Positions 36,351-45,424 are shown, counted from the stretch's first letter. The stretch: 64,000 bases of DNA from Candidatus Nomurabacteria bacterium (GCA_943354745.1 CALRDB010000001.1:203-64202), one strand, 5' to 3'. Numbers and translations: made by a program. Notes: generated by a model not told the origin, from the letters alone.

Positions 36351-38132
36351 GTGGCACCTTTTTTCAAGAAACATGTAGTAGCGATAGTGTTCGCTTGCGT
36401 AATAGGTGCAATCTACGGACTACCCAACGTCCTATTTGTTCTGTCTTTGGGGGATGTCTATCAAGGTATCCCGATGATGCAAACACCAAATGAAGATGCG
36501 TATTTGGCTCGGATTCAAGAAATTCTCGATGGTCATCCTACGCTCGGTTCACCCTATTTTTTCGAATACAAAGAACAGTGGCCGATTACTCCTCCAACGG
36601 GTGAATTCTTTTACGCGCTTCCTAGTTTGTTGTTCAATCTTTCTACTTCGACCGTTTTGATAGTGAGTAAATTTATTTTACCCGCGATATTATTTTTCTT
36701 AGTTTATTTACTCGTGTTACGTCTTACGGGGGAGGAGGACATATTCAAGAAAAGTAATGCAATTGTGGGCGGTGCATGGGTCGTTCTTGGCTATGACCTC
36801 ATTGATTATCGAACTGTTTTCTCGTATCTCTTGGGGACCATCTCACCTGAATCATTTCTACTCTGGGCGCGGCCGGTTAACCCAATTCTCGGTGCTCTAT
36901 TTTTGTTTTCTTTTTTATTGTTCGTGTTGGCACTTGTCCAAAATACGAAATGGAAAAAGAGCACACTTATTGGGGCGGCCGTTTTTCTCGCACTTATGTT
37001 CGGGAGTTACTTTTTTAGTTGGGGTCTGGCGCTTTCGATTCTCGTCATGCTCGTTGTGATCTGTCTTTTTTCCAGAGAGTATGAGGTTGCGAGGACGCTT
37101 GCGCTCATTGCTCCCTTAGGTGTTTTATTCGCAGCCCCTTATTGGTATGTCGTGTGGCACGCGAGTCAAAGCCCTTGGTACGAAGCGTCGGTGCTTCGAA
37201 GTGGTCTTTTTTTAACGCATTATCCACTTCTCAACAAACTCCTCCTTGTCACCTTTGCGCTCTACCTCACTGTATTGTTTGCTGATCTTTTGTGGAAGCG
37301 AAACAAACATATTGAATATCGCTTCGAGATCTGGCATCGGTTTACGCTCGCTCTTTTGCTTGGAGGTCTATGGGTTTACAGCCAGCAAATGCTGACGGGT
37401 CGGACTCTTTGGCCGTATCATTTCGTCCAATACACCATCCCACTTTCTATGGTGGTCTGCATGGTCTTGCTTTATAACGTTGTACGAAAATGGAGTTATC
37501 TCGTTTGGTCGGCGATGGTTGGTATAATTGCCGTATCGTCCATGTGCTTTGGTGTCTACACACAAGTAAGTACATACAGAGGTTCCTACGCCCGTTACGC
37601 GCACATACAAGGCTATGCACCCTTGTTTGCGTGGCTTAACGAACAAAAGAAAGACTGCGTCGTGCTCCAAATTGACTCTGAGACAGGCATTGGAGGTCTT
37701 GATGTGGCCATCCCCGCCTTTACACATTGTAATTTGTATAATTCAGCAACCGCACCTTCGCTTTTACCAGAGGAACGAATTTGGCATAATTACTTTGTCC
37801 GCCTTTTTATGAACGGGGTTACTCCAGCGACACTTACCTCATATCTAGATGGTCATCTTTCTGAAGAGCGCACGTATCTTTCTTCTAACTGGAAAGGAAT
37901 CTTCGGTGTCAGAGAATTTCCGGACTTTAGTGACCCCTTATTGGCAAAACGGCTCATGATGGTACCCGAAAAATACCGAGAATTTTTCGGGAAAGAAATT
38001 GTAGCAGAGCTCAAAACATATCGTCTCGACTTTATCGTATCTGTTGGTCCTTTGGCGGAAATGGTTAAGAAGCGGTTGCCGGGTGTTACGCTAGTACAAT
38101 CATTTAATGACGTGCTTCTCTATAAGCTTTAA
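36351..38132 (+). CDS. Large polytopic membrane protein (possible GT-C glycosyltransferase or polymerase)
   Basis: It is 593 aa with more than ten transmembrane helices and a C-terminal soluble domain; I see no recognisable catalytic motif. Confidence 0.35.
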   Translation: MAPFFKKHVVAIVFACVIGAIYGLPNVLFVLSLGDVYQGIPMMQTPNEDAYLARIQEILDGHPTLGSPYFFEYKEQWPITPPTGEFFYALPSLLFNLSTSTVLIVSKFILPAILFFLVYLLVLRLTGEEDIFKKSNAIVGGAWVVLGYDLIDYRTVFSYLLGTISPESFLLWARPVNPILGALFLFSFLLFVLALVQNTKWKKSTLIGAAVFLALMFGSYFFSWGLALSILVMLVVICLFSREYEVARTLALIAPLGVLFAAPYWYVVWHASQSPWYEASVLRSGLFLTHYPLLNKLLLVTFALYLTVLFADLLWKRNKHIEYRFEIWHRFTLALLLGGLWVYSQQMLTGRTLWPYHFVQYTIPLSMVVCMVLLYNVVRKWSYLVWSAMVGIIAVSSMCFGVYTQVSTYRGSYARYAHIQGYAPLFAWLNEQKKDCVVLQIDSETGIGGLDVAIPAFTHCNLYNSATAPSLLPEERIWHNYFVRLFMNGVTPATLTSYLDGHLSEERTYLSSNWKGIFGVREFPDFSDPLLAKRLMMVPEKYREFFGKEIVAELKTYRLDFIVSVGPLAEMVKKRLPGVTLVQSFNDVLLYKL

Positions 38133-38136
38133 GAGT

Positions 38137-39126
38137 ATGGATATAGTTAAGAAAAAATTACGACAAGTGCTCTCTTTTAATAAACCAATTCAGGCTCTCA
38201 TTGAGGGAGTCGTTCTGGTTTACCTGCTCCAAAAGACAAAAAACAATATTGAAGACAATAAGAATAGACATATACGAGTTCGGATACTTAGGCGCGGAAT
38301 CGAGAAATTAAAAAAGGCAATGTCGGATGTTCATTACAAACAGGGAATCCTCATTGTAGGCGAAGAAGCCTACGCGTCTTTTGAAGGCATTTTCCTCAAT
38401 GTTCGCGGTACGAACCGGTATCTTAAAGTGACAGGGGATGCTTTTGGTAACGAAGGGAAGCCGATACTTGATTTTCTGCGCTCAAAAGGAGTCGAGGTTG
38501 GTACAATGATTGATCTAGGAGCTAACTTTGGGGAGATAAGTTTGTACATGAGTAAACAGTATCCGCGTGCGAAGATTTTGGCTGTTGAGGCGTCGCCAGA
38601 TAATTTCCGACTTTTGGAATCAAATATTCATTTCCAGCAATTTTCCACCGTGAATCTCTCGCTTCTTTGTGAAGCTGTGAGTGATCGAAAGGGTTTCGTA
38701 GAGATAACTAAGGGAGTAAATCCTGAAAACATCATCGCGCACCCCAGCATCCATCTTAAGGAATCAGATCTTGGGAAAAAGATAGAAACAGTCCGCGTCC
38801 CCTCTGACACACTGGAGTCAATCATGTCCCGTTTTAACTTTACCACGCTCGATTTCCTGAAGGTTGATATCGAGGGTTCTGAGCCACTCCTCTTTGAATC
38901 ACTTCGAATGTGCGCTCGAAAGATTCGAGCCATACTCATTGAGGTGGGGGATAAGGCGGATCACCACACGTACCTTCCGCTTATGCGGTTTTTATTCGCG
39001 GAATATCATGTAGCCTACGATGCTGGGACAGGAAGCAAATGGACATCATTTGAATCGTTTGAAAAAAGTATGTTATCTTCATATGCACAGGATATTTGGT
39101 TTGTTCGGGAAGAGAAGAAACTTTAA
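38137..39126 (+). CDS. FkbM-family methyltransferase
   Basis: It has DLGANFGEISLYM and LKVDIEGSE motifs. I place the start at MDIVKKK, after the stop of the previous gene. Confidence 0.65.
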   Translation: MDIVKKKLRQVLSFNKPIQALIEGVVLVYLLQKTKNNIEDNKNRHIRVRILRRGIEKLKKAMSDVHYKQGILIVGEEAYASFEGIFLNVRGTNRYLKVTGDAFGNEGKPILDFLRSKGVEVGTMIDLGANFGEISLYMSKQYPRAKILAVEASPDNFRLLESNIHFQQFSTVNLSLLCEAVSDRKGFVEITKGVNPENIIAHPSIHLKESDLGKKIETVRVPSDTLESIMSRFNFTTLDFLKVDIEGSEPLLFESLRMCARKIRAILIEVGDKADHHTYLPLMRFLFAEYHVAYDAGTGSKWTSFESFEKSMLSSYAQDIWFVREEKKL

Positions 39127-39181
39127 GACCGCTTTTTGAGTTACAAGTTGGTACTATGGGCATTTCTAGCAGATTGTACGT

Positions 39182-40303
39182 ATGGAACAGAACATAAAGA
39201 AAACAAAATTGGCCTCCTCCCGCAAAGGTAAAAAGGCACTCCTTACCGGAGTAACGGGGCAGGATGGTTCGTATCTCGCCGAACTACTTTTAGAAAAAGG
39301 GTATGAAGTGTATGGCCTCCAGCGGCGTGCCAGTATGCCGAATACCTTTCGTGTGGACCATCTCACTGGCGAAAAAAATGGGGACCGTTTTTTTATGACA
39401 TACGCCGACCTCTCTGACAGCTCAAATCTGCTTCGTGTCATTAATAAAGTACAACCCGATGAAATTTACAACATTGGCGCGCAGAGCCATGTGGGCGTGA
39501 GCTTTGATATCCCCGAATACACCGCGAACATTAATGCACTCGGTCCACTGCGGATTCTCGAAGTCCTTAGGAACCTCCACCTTCCCGCAAAATTTTATCA
39601 AGCAAGCTCTTCTGAAATGTTTGGTGACGTACTTGAAACACCTCAGAAGGAAACGACGCCATTCAATCCGCAGTCGCCGTACGGTCTTTCAAAAGTATTT
39701 GCGTTCCATATCACGAAAATTTTTCGTACCGGATACGGTATTTTCGCCTCCAATGGAATTCTCTTCAATCATGAGTCGCCACGGCGTGGATTCAACTTCG
39801 TAACTCGTAAAATCACCCTTGGCCTTTCCCGCATCAAGCTCGGTCTCTCGGGAGAACTGCATTTGGGAAATCTTGATGCGAAGCGGGATTGGGGCTTTTC
39901 TAAAGATTACGTGGAAGCAATTTGGTTGATTTTGCAGCATGAAAAGCCGGATGATTTCGTTATTGCGACGGGGGAAACGCACTCGGTCCGCGAGTTTGTT
40001 GTGGAAGCAGGGAAGCATCTTGGTATGGATATTGAGTGGAAAGGATCAGGTATTAAGGAGATTGGCATTGACTGTAAAACAGGGAAGACAGTTATTCGGA
40101 TTGATCCACAATATTTCAGACCGAATGAGGTCAATTTTCTGCAAGGTGACTCCTCAAAAGCGCGGAAAATGCTCGGCTGGAATCCGAAGACAACTTTTAG
40201 TGCCCTTGCCAAACTAATGGCGGAAGAAGATTTGCATTACGTTGAGCGTGAATCATCGCTTGGACGGCAGGATGTTTCGGCACGAAAGTTCTCCGTGAAG
40301 TAA
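39182..40303 (+). CDS. gmd: GDP-mannose 4,6-dehydratase family (possibly a GDP-manno-heptose 4,6-dehydratase)
   Basis: It has [27 protein letters not shown] and [11 protein letters not shown], the classic GMD motifs. Confidence 0.8.
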   Translation: MEQNIKKTKLASSRKGKKALLTGVTGQDGSYLAELLLEKGYEVYGLQRRASMPNTFRVDHLTGEKNGDRFFMTYADLSDSSNLLRVINKVQPDEIYNIGAQSHVGVSFDIPEYTANINALGPLRILEVLRNLHLPAKFYQASSSEMFGDVLETPQKETTPFNPQSPYGLSKVFAFHITKIFRTGYGIFASNGILFNHESPRRGFNFVTRKITLGLSRIKLGLSGELHLGNLDAKRDWGFSKDYVEAIWLILQHEKPDDFVIATGETHSVREFVVEAGKHLGMDIEWKGSGIKEIGIDCKTGKTVIRIDPQYFRPNEVNFLQGDSSKARKMLGWNPKTTFSALAKLMAEEDLHYVERESSLGRQDVSARKFSVK

Positions 40304-40317
40304 GTCGGTCTCACAAA

Positions 40318-40698
40318 ATGGAACATATCAGTTACAAAGGAGAACTTGTCGCAATACTCATTCGTTCCTATTCGCATGGGTCACATCCTGTTACGGCTCC
40401 CGGGGAAGTGTTACAGATGATGACAATTAAGCGCGAAGCGGGGGAGAAAGTGACACCGCACCTCCATGTTCCTCGGGAAAGAATAACCGACCGTCTTTCA
40501 GAGTGTTTAGTTGTTCAAAAAGGAAGAATTAAGGTCAGTCTCTATGGAGATGACGTAGGGCCATTTACCGTGGTGGAAGTAAGGGAGGGGGAGGCCATTT
40601 ATATCCGTTCTGGCGGTCATGCCGTTCAGTATCTTGAACCGACTGAGATACTAGAGTTCAAAAACGGACCGTATGAAGACGATAAAAGAATGATCTAA
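40318..40698 (+). CDS. Cupin-domain protein (possible sugar epimerase/isomerase)
   Basis: It is 126 aa with a two-His cupin core (VTPHLHVPRERITDRLSECLVVQKGRIKVSLYGDD) and sits immediately after the GMD-like gene. Confidence 0.4.
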   Translation: MEHISYKGELVAILIRSYSHGSHPVTAPGEVLQMMTIKREAGEKVTPHLHVPRERITDRLSECLVVQKGRIKVSLYGDDVGPFTVVEVREGEAIYIRSGGHAVQYLEPTEILEFKNGPYEDDKRMI

Positions 40699-40710
40699 TC
40701 TATCTTCTGT

Positions 40711-41892
40711 ATGCGTGTCTGCATTATTACAACGAAGTATAACTTCAAGACCTCTGGTGGTTCCGTCGGTGATATTGATTTGCGCGCGCGAGTTCTCACC
40801 AGCCTCGGTCATAAAGTTACGGTCGTCAGTGCGTTTTCAAAATTCAATAGCGACCTTCCCGAGTTTCCCTATCGTTTCCTGGCGGATGAGATTGGAAGCG
40901 CAGGCCTTCTTGGTATACAAATAGGGATATACCGTCTCCTTAAGAAATACGAATACGAGGTAGACATTTTCCATGTGGATGGGCAAGTGTTTCTCTACGG
41001 CGCTGGTCTGTATCGCCTTCTTGGGGGGAAGGCGAAGGTTCTTGGGTTTTTTAATCACTGGCCGAATGCTTGGGCCGATGAGACGGTGGGAGTTACTCAG
41101 AGGATAATTCCGATGTTGCGACCGATTAAGGCGATCAAGAAGCGAGTACGTTTTTTTCTTGAGCGATGGTTTGGGGTCCCCCTTGCCAACTATATGGATG
41201 TTATTATCTACAATACGCCCCCGCTTGCAGCAAAATTCATGAGTTTCGGATTCAAGAAAGGAGATATACTTCCGGACTTTGTTGATACCGAAGGATTGCG
41301 CAAGCAAGAGGATATGGATGTGGAAAAGATTCTCTCCCGGCAAAATCCTTCCGGAGGAATTATCACCTTATTATGTGCCGGTAGGATGTTGCCGGAAAAA
41401 GGGTTTGATATGGTTGTCCGCGCGTTTGCTCAGATTCCTCATAAAGAGAAGTACCGAGTTATTTTAAGTGGTACGGGACCGGAATTCAATTCTCTTAAAA
41501 AACTTATTTCCGACACACATCTTGAGGCGTTCTTTCAGATGCCTGGTTGGGTGGAAAGGAAGACGTTGCTTGGTTTTTTTCGTAAAGCACAAGTTTTCAT
41601 CTTTCCGAATTGGTGGCCGGAGTACGGAGCGATAGTTCTCGAGGAAGCGATGTCGTTCGGTTTGGCTAGCATTATCCCAAGCGGGGGGGCCCTTGAATGG
41701 CTTTCCGGGGGGACCGCCCGTACTTTTAAAAACAGCAGTGTAGATGATCTGGCTCGAGTGATTCAAACCCTCGGAGACAATGTCGGCTTAAGAATTACTA
41801 CAGCCCAAAACGGATTTAAGCACAGTGCCTCACTTGATTATCGGATTCTTGGAGTAAGACTAGAGAAGATACTCCAGTCATCTGTGGCTTAA
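40711..41892 (+). CDS. Glycosyltransferase, GT4 family, with its 3' end clipped by a MITE insertion
   Basis: It has a GT4 N-terminus (MRVCIITTKYNFKTSGGSVGD) and contains a G7 tract at 41683-41689. Its last codon and stop (GCT TAA) are supplied by the terminal repeat of the inserted element. Confidence 0.7.
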   Translation: MRVCIITTKYNFKTSGGSVGDIDLRARVLTSLGHKVTVVSAFSKFNSDLPEFPYRFLADEIGSAGLLGIQIGIYRLLKKYEYEVDIFHVDGQVFLYGAGLYRLLGGKAKVLGFFNHWPNAWADETVGVTQRIIPMLRPIKAIKKRVRFFLERWFGVPLANYMDVIIYNTPPLAAKFMSFGFKKGDILPDFVDTEGLRKQEDMDVEKILSRQNPSGGIITLLCAGRMLPEKGFDMVVRAFAQIPHKEKYRVILSGTGPEFNSLKKLISDTHLEAFFQMPGWVERKTLLGFFRKAQVFIFPNWWPEYGAIVLEEAMSFGLASIIPSGGALEWLSGGTARTFKNSSVDDLARVIQTLGDNVGLRITTAQNGFKHSASLDYRILGVRLEKILQSSVA

Positions 41893-42477
41893 TGGTACTT
41901 TTGTAAGGCTACAAGGCTCCGCCAAGTAATGTTTTAACCATCTTCATTTTTTGATCACGGGACAAACCCGCATGTACGGCGATTGAGTTCTTGATTTTCG
42001 TAAATGAACCGTCAAGTGAATTGGTGGTATTTGGGATATTGAGTTCGGGGTAACGTTCAAACGTGAACAAATACGGCAGATGCCGTTTAATGCTGTCCCT
42101 CGCGCTCCGTAGTTTTCGGTGCGTGTAGGTGTATCGGTTACTTTTTTCATTCAAACTCTTTTCTTTCAGGAACGTCTCCCACTTTTCCGAACGATGATAG
42201 TTTCTCGTTAGTGTCGCTACGGTTGCGTACTGAAAACAAAAATCAAACCAGAGCTTCTTTCTGATTCGAGAGAGGATATCCTTCTTCTTGGTTACTTGAA
42301 ATTGAGTGTTGCACCGGAGGCATTTGTATCCTTGTATACCTCGAAAAAATCCATTCTTTTTTACCAACAACGCCTCACAGCGAGGGCAGGAAATCGTTTT
42401 TTTTGCTCATGCTATTCAAATTACGGCTTACTAAAAGCCTATGTTAGCATTCCAGCCTTACAAAAGTACCATTAAGC
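41886..42477. mobile_element. MITE-like non-autonomous IS derivative with 25-bp perfect terminal inverted repeats and an 8-bp target-site duplication
   Basis: The left repeat GGCTTAATGGTACTTTTGTAAGGCT (41886-41910) is the exact reverse complement of 42453-42477. The direct repeat TCATCTGT flanks the element at 41878-41885 and 42478-42485. Confidence 0.8.
41909..42370 (-). CDS. Truncated transposase-like ORF (zinc ribbon plus DDE C-terminal motif remnant)
   Basis: It is 153 aa with a YKCLRC zinc finger at the N-terminus and NTTNSLDGSFTKIKNS, which resembles the C-terminal signature of ISL3/IS1595-type transposases, but has no DDE core. Confidence 0.4.
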   Translation of the reverse strand: MLVKKNGFFRGIQGYKCLRCNTQFQVTKKKDILSRIRKKLWFDFCFQYATVATLTRNYHRSEKWETFLKEKSLNEKSNRYTYTHRKLRSARDSIKRHLPYLFTFERYPELNIPNTTNSLDGSFTKIKNSIAVHAGLSRDQKMKMVKTLLGGAL

Positions 42478-42534
42478 CTCATCTGTTGCCTTGGGCTCAC
42501 ACACCTAAACGGGTAGTGCTTCTGGCTCGTGGAA

Positions 42535-44037
42535 CTATAAATATGCTTTTTGCGCAATGAGGTCAGCAAGAGGCTCTAGTTCATGGGCACGCTTTTTGAG
42601 TGTTGAACCACCTTCGATATCCCAGATTTGAACGAGGTCAACGTCGACACTAGCCTTGAACACGGCGGTTAAGTAGTCAGTTAATTCTCTTTCGTTATGG
42701 ATGAATGTTGCTAGATGTTCTTTTATTGTCTCGGCAAGAAATTCTGGCGCGATGCATTTTCGAGCCATCGATAGTTTATTGTAGGGAACATCGCCGAAAG
42801 TGATAACTGGCTTTTTAAATAGGAGTGCTTCCCAGCCGACGCTGCTTGAGATTGTAATAATCAATTTAGCCCGTGCAATCAAATCATAACTGACGACCGT
42901 GGGGGATAGCAGTCTTACGTTGGGAATCTTCTTTAGTTCCTTGTAGTATCTGCGGGATCGTTTCCCGTACATGGTTGGGTGTTCTTTCACACACAACACG
43001 TAATCGATCGGTAGCGACTTGGCGATTTGCCTAGCCAGCCATAGCTGATCGGTATAAAACGGGGCGAAAAGAGCAGTGGAATTTTCGGGTTCAAGTTGAA
43101 GCGGGTAGAATACGAAATTCTGATCCAAAGTAAGGGTGTCGTATAAATCATCAAAACCAATAAATACGCGCACCTTCTGTCTTATTTTATCGATAAAAAA
43201 ATGCCACGGCGTTATTGTACTATAGTCGCCACGTTCGGCGCCGGCCAGGTATTGGTAGGTACTAACAAAAAGCCACTGAATCGAACGCCAGAAATTTCGG
43301 GGCAAAAGAAAGCTAAATTGACGTTTCCTGTTTATGGCTCGAGTGTTGGGCGATTCACCCAACGTATAGGGGAAAGGGCTCTTTCGAAAACGCTGTAAAA
43401 ATTTTTCTGCTTCCTCGCGTTCCTTTGGGAAGTCCATTCCCCGATTTTTTATCTTTTCAAAGAATTCATCCACGTCCGATAACGTTTTGTAGTCGTCAGT
43501 TATCGAATGTTTTGTTCCGATTCGAGTAAGAGTGATGATTTGTATCGGAATGTTCCGCTTTTTGGCGATGCTGTACAGCAGGTAGCTACTTAGCGAACAT
43601 ACAATAGAGAAAATAAGTACATCGGGTTTTTCTTCATCAAGGAACTTGAGCACCGCTTTAGCCGTGCGCTGTAATATTTGTAGCATTTCTTCGTGGGAGT
43701 ATTTCGGTGTATCGTGAGGATATTGGCGCACATGCTGACCGTGGCGGATAATGCGGTCAACTTCAATATGTGGCCACAGGTAGGGAATGCCGTAGTCTTT
43801 TTCCAACTGTTTGAGGAATGCCCAATCGATTATTTCGTCTTTGTAATTTCGCAAAACATCTTCTTCTAAGACGAGTTGTGTGTAAGAAATCTCCTTCTGT
43901 TGATTCAGAAAATCAAAGCTCCGGCGCGTCTGCACGAAACCACAGAATTTTGCGGTTGGATGTTTGTGGTAGATTGAACAGGCGAGTGAGTGCGCGATGA
44001 GTGCAAATCGCCGTTGCATGAAAAAGCAAAGTTTCAT
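42535..44037 (-). CDS. Large GT-B-like 'capsule polysaccharide biosynthesis' family protein with an HP motif (candidate nonulosonate/Kdo-type glycosyltransferase)
   Basis: It is 500 aa with the C-terminal block YVLCVKEHPTMYG...LIITISSSVGWEALLFKKPVITFGDVPYN, and it is paralogous to 56951-58399. Confidence 0.45.
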   Translation of the reverse strand: MKLCFFMQRRFALIAHSLACSIYHKHPTAKFCGFVQTRRSFDFLNQQKEISYTQLVLEEDVLRNYKDEIIDWAFLKQLEKDYGIPYLWPHIEVDRIIRHGQHVRQYPHDTPKYSHEEMLQILQRTAKAVLKFLDEEKPDVLIFSIVCSLSSYLLYSIAKKRNIPIQIITLTRIGTKHSITDDYKTLSDVDEFFEKIKNRGMDFPKEREEAEKFLQRFRKSPFPYTLGESPNTRAINRKRQFSFLLPRNFWRSIQWLFVSTYQYLAGAERGDYSTITPWHFFIDKIRQKVRVFIGFDDLYDTLTLDQNFVFYPLQLEPENSTALFAPFYTDQLWLARQIAKSLPIDYVLCVKEHPTMYGKRSRRYYKELKKIPNVRLLSPTVVSYDLIARAKLIITISSSVGWEALLFKKPVITFGDVPYNKLSMARKCIAPEFLAETIKEHLATFIHNERELTDYLTAVFKASVDVDLVQIWDIEGGSTLKKRAHELEPLADLIAQKAYL

Positions 44038-44167
44038 TTTTGGAAATCCTTATAAAACATTGTATGCTAGTATCAGGTTGACTGTATATCAAACTGTTCC
44101 AGCAGTCAAAAAGTTCTGCTGGCCAGGGGTTAAAACAAGCCATTATTCACTCTAAAATATACGAAAC

Positions 44168-44863
44168 ATGAACAAACATAGTAATTTCCACATAAAGAAA
44201 GATAACGTCTTCGAGGTCAAGGAACTATTCAAGGATATTTCTAAGTTGGTGAAGGTGAAGTACAGGAATAAAACGAGTGAGCTTGATATTTTGGATTTGG
44301 GTTGTGCGTCTGGCGAATTGGCCTACTTCCTCAAAAATGATTTGCAAAGCTCTGGAAAAGTGTGGGGTTTAGACATTTCTCGAGAATTGATAAAAAACGC
44401 CAAACAACGCTTTGGCGGATCTAATGTAAAATTTTTTGCTGCAGACGCTTATAATTTTAAGACCGATGTAAAATTTGATGTGGTGACTATGACATCGGTT
44501 CTTTCTTATTTTGACGATCCTTTCCCAGCTATAAAGAATTTGCTCAATCTTTTAAAAGATGATGGTATCGCTGTAATATCCGGCATCTTTAATCCTTGGA
44601 ATATAGACGTTAAGTTGAACTTTAGGGTTCAAGGTGACACAGGGTGGGAGAATTTTCATCAGTTTTCTCTAAGTCGTATTCAGAAATTTATAACTGATGC
44701 CGGCTACGTCTGTAGGATTTCGGAACAGATTATGCCGTTTGATATTCCAATGAAGGAAAATCTTCTCAGATCCTGGACGGTAAACTTGGACGGTAACAGG
44801 TATATGATGAACGGGCTACAGTTGGCCTACAACATTCGTATACTTCAGATAACAAAAAAATAA
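44168..44863 (+). CDS. Class I SAM-dependent methyltransferase
   Basis: It has ILDLGCASGELA and LKDDGIAVISG motifs. Confidence 0.65.
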   Translation: MNKHSNFHIKKDNVFEVKELFKDISKLVKVKYRNKTSELDILDLGCASGELAYFLKNDLQSSGKVWGLDISRELIKNAKQRFGGSNVKFFAADAYNFKTDVKFDVVTMTSVLSYFDDPFPAIKNLLNLLKDDGIAVISGIFNPWNIDVKLNFRVQGDTGWENFHQFSLSRIQKFITDAGYVCRISEQIMPFDIPMKENLLRSWTVNLDGNRYMMNGLQLAYNIRILQITKK

Positions 44864-44875
44864 GAGAATATTTCT

Positions 44876-45424
44876 ATGTTTTTAAAAGAATGTATACAGC
44901 GGATTCGCTTTTGGCGTCGAGCTGACCGTATTGGTCCAGACATGCCGTGGACACACTGGCGACTCTTTTTTCCTTCAAGGATGAAGAATCTTTGTCAGAA
45001 AAGATTTCGTCACTTTGACCCGACTGCTGAAATACGCCCTGGTTCCTACATCCTCGCTTGTTCCAAGATAAGTATCGGTAAGCGCGTAGTTGTTCGTCCT
45101 GGCAGTGTATTTGAGGCCGATCCGCGAGAAGGTGAACACGGGATCACTATTGAGGATGATGTGCTTCTTTCTCCCGGAGTACACCTCTATGTGAATGACC
45201 ATGCGTTTGAAGATACAAGTATGCCAATCTTTGACCAAGATCATAAGCCATCTAAACCGATTACGATCAAACGAGGTTCGTGGATTGGTGCCAATGCTAT
45301 TATTTTGGCGGGAGTGACGATTGGAGAGAACAGTGTTGTGGGGGCGGGGAGTATCGTTACTAAAAATGTACCGCCTCGCGTTGTAGTGGCGGGTAGCCCC
45401 GCCAAGATTATACGTGTTCTGTAG
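44876..45424 (+). CDS. Hexapeptide-repeat (LbH) acetyltransferase
   Basis: It has left-handed beta-helix repeats (ITIKRGSWIGANAIILAGVTIGENSVVGAGSIVTKNV). Confidence 0.7.
   Translation: MFLKECIQRIRFWRRADRIGPDMPWTHWRLFFPSRMKNLCQKRFRHFDPTAEIRPGSYILACSKISIGKRVVVRPGSVFEADPREGEHGITIEDDVLLSPGVHLYVNDHAFEDTSMPIFDQDHKPSKPITIKRGSWIGANAIILAGVTIGENSVVGAGSIVTKNVPPRVVVAGSPAKIIRVL

Noticed and set aside
41909-42370. Calling the 153-aa ORF a functional transposase.
   Set aside because: It is far too short for a DDE transposase and lacks a catalytic core, so I interpret it as an internally deleted remnant within a MITE-like element.
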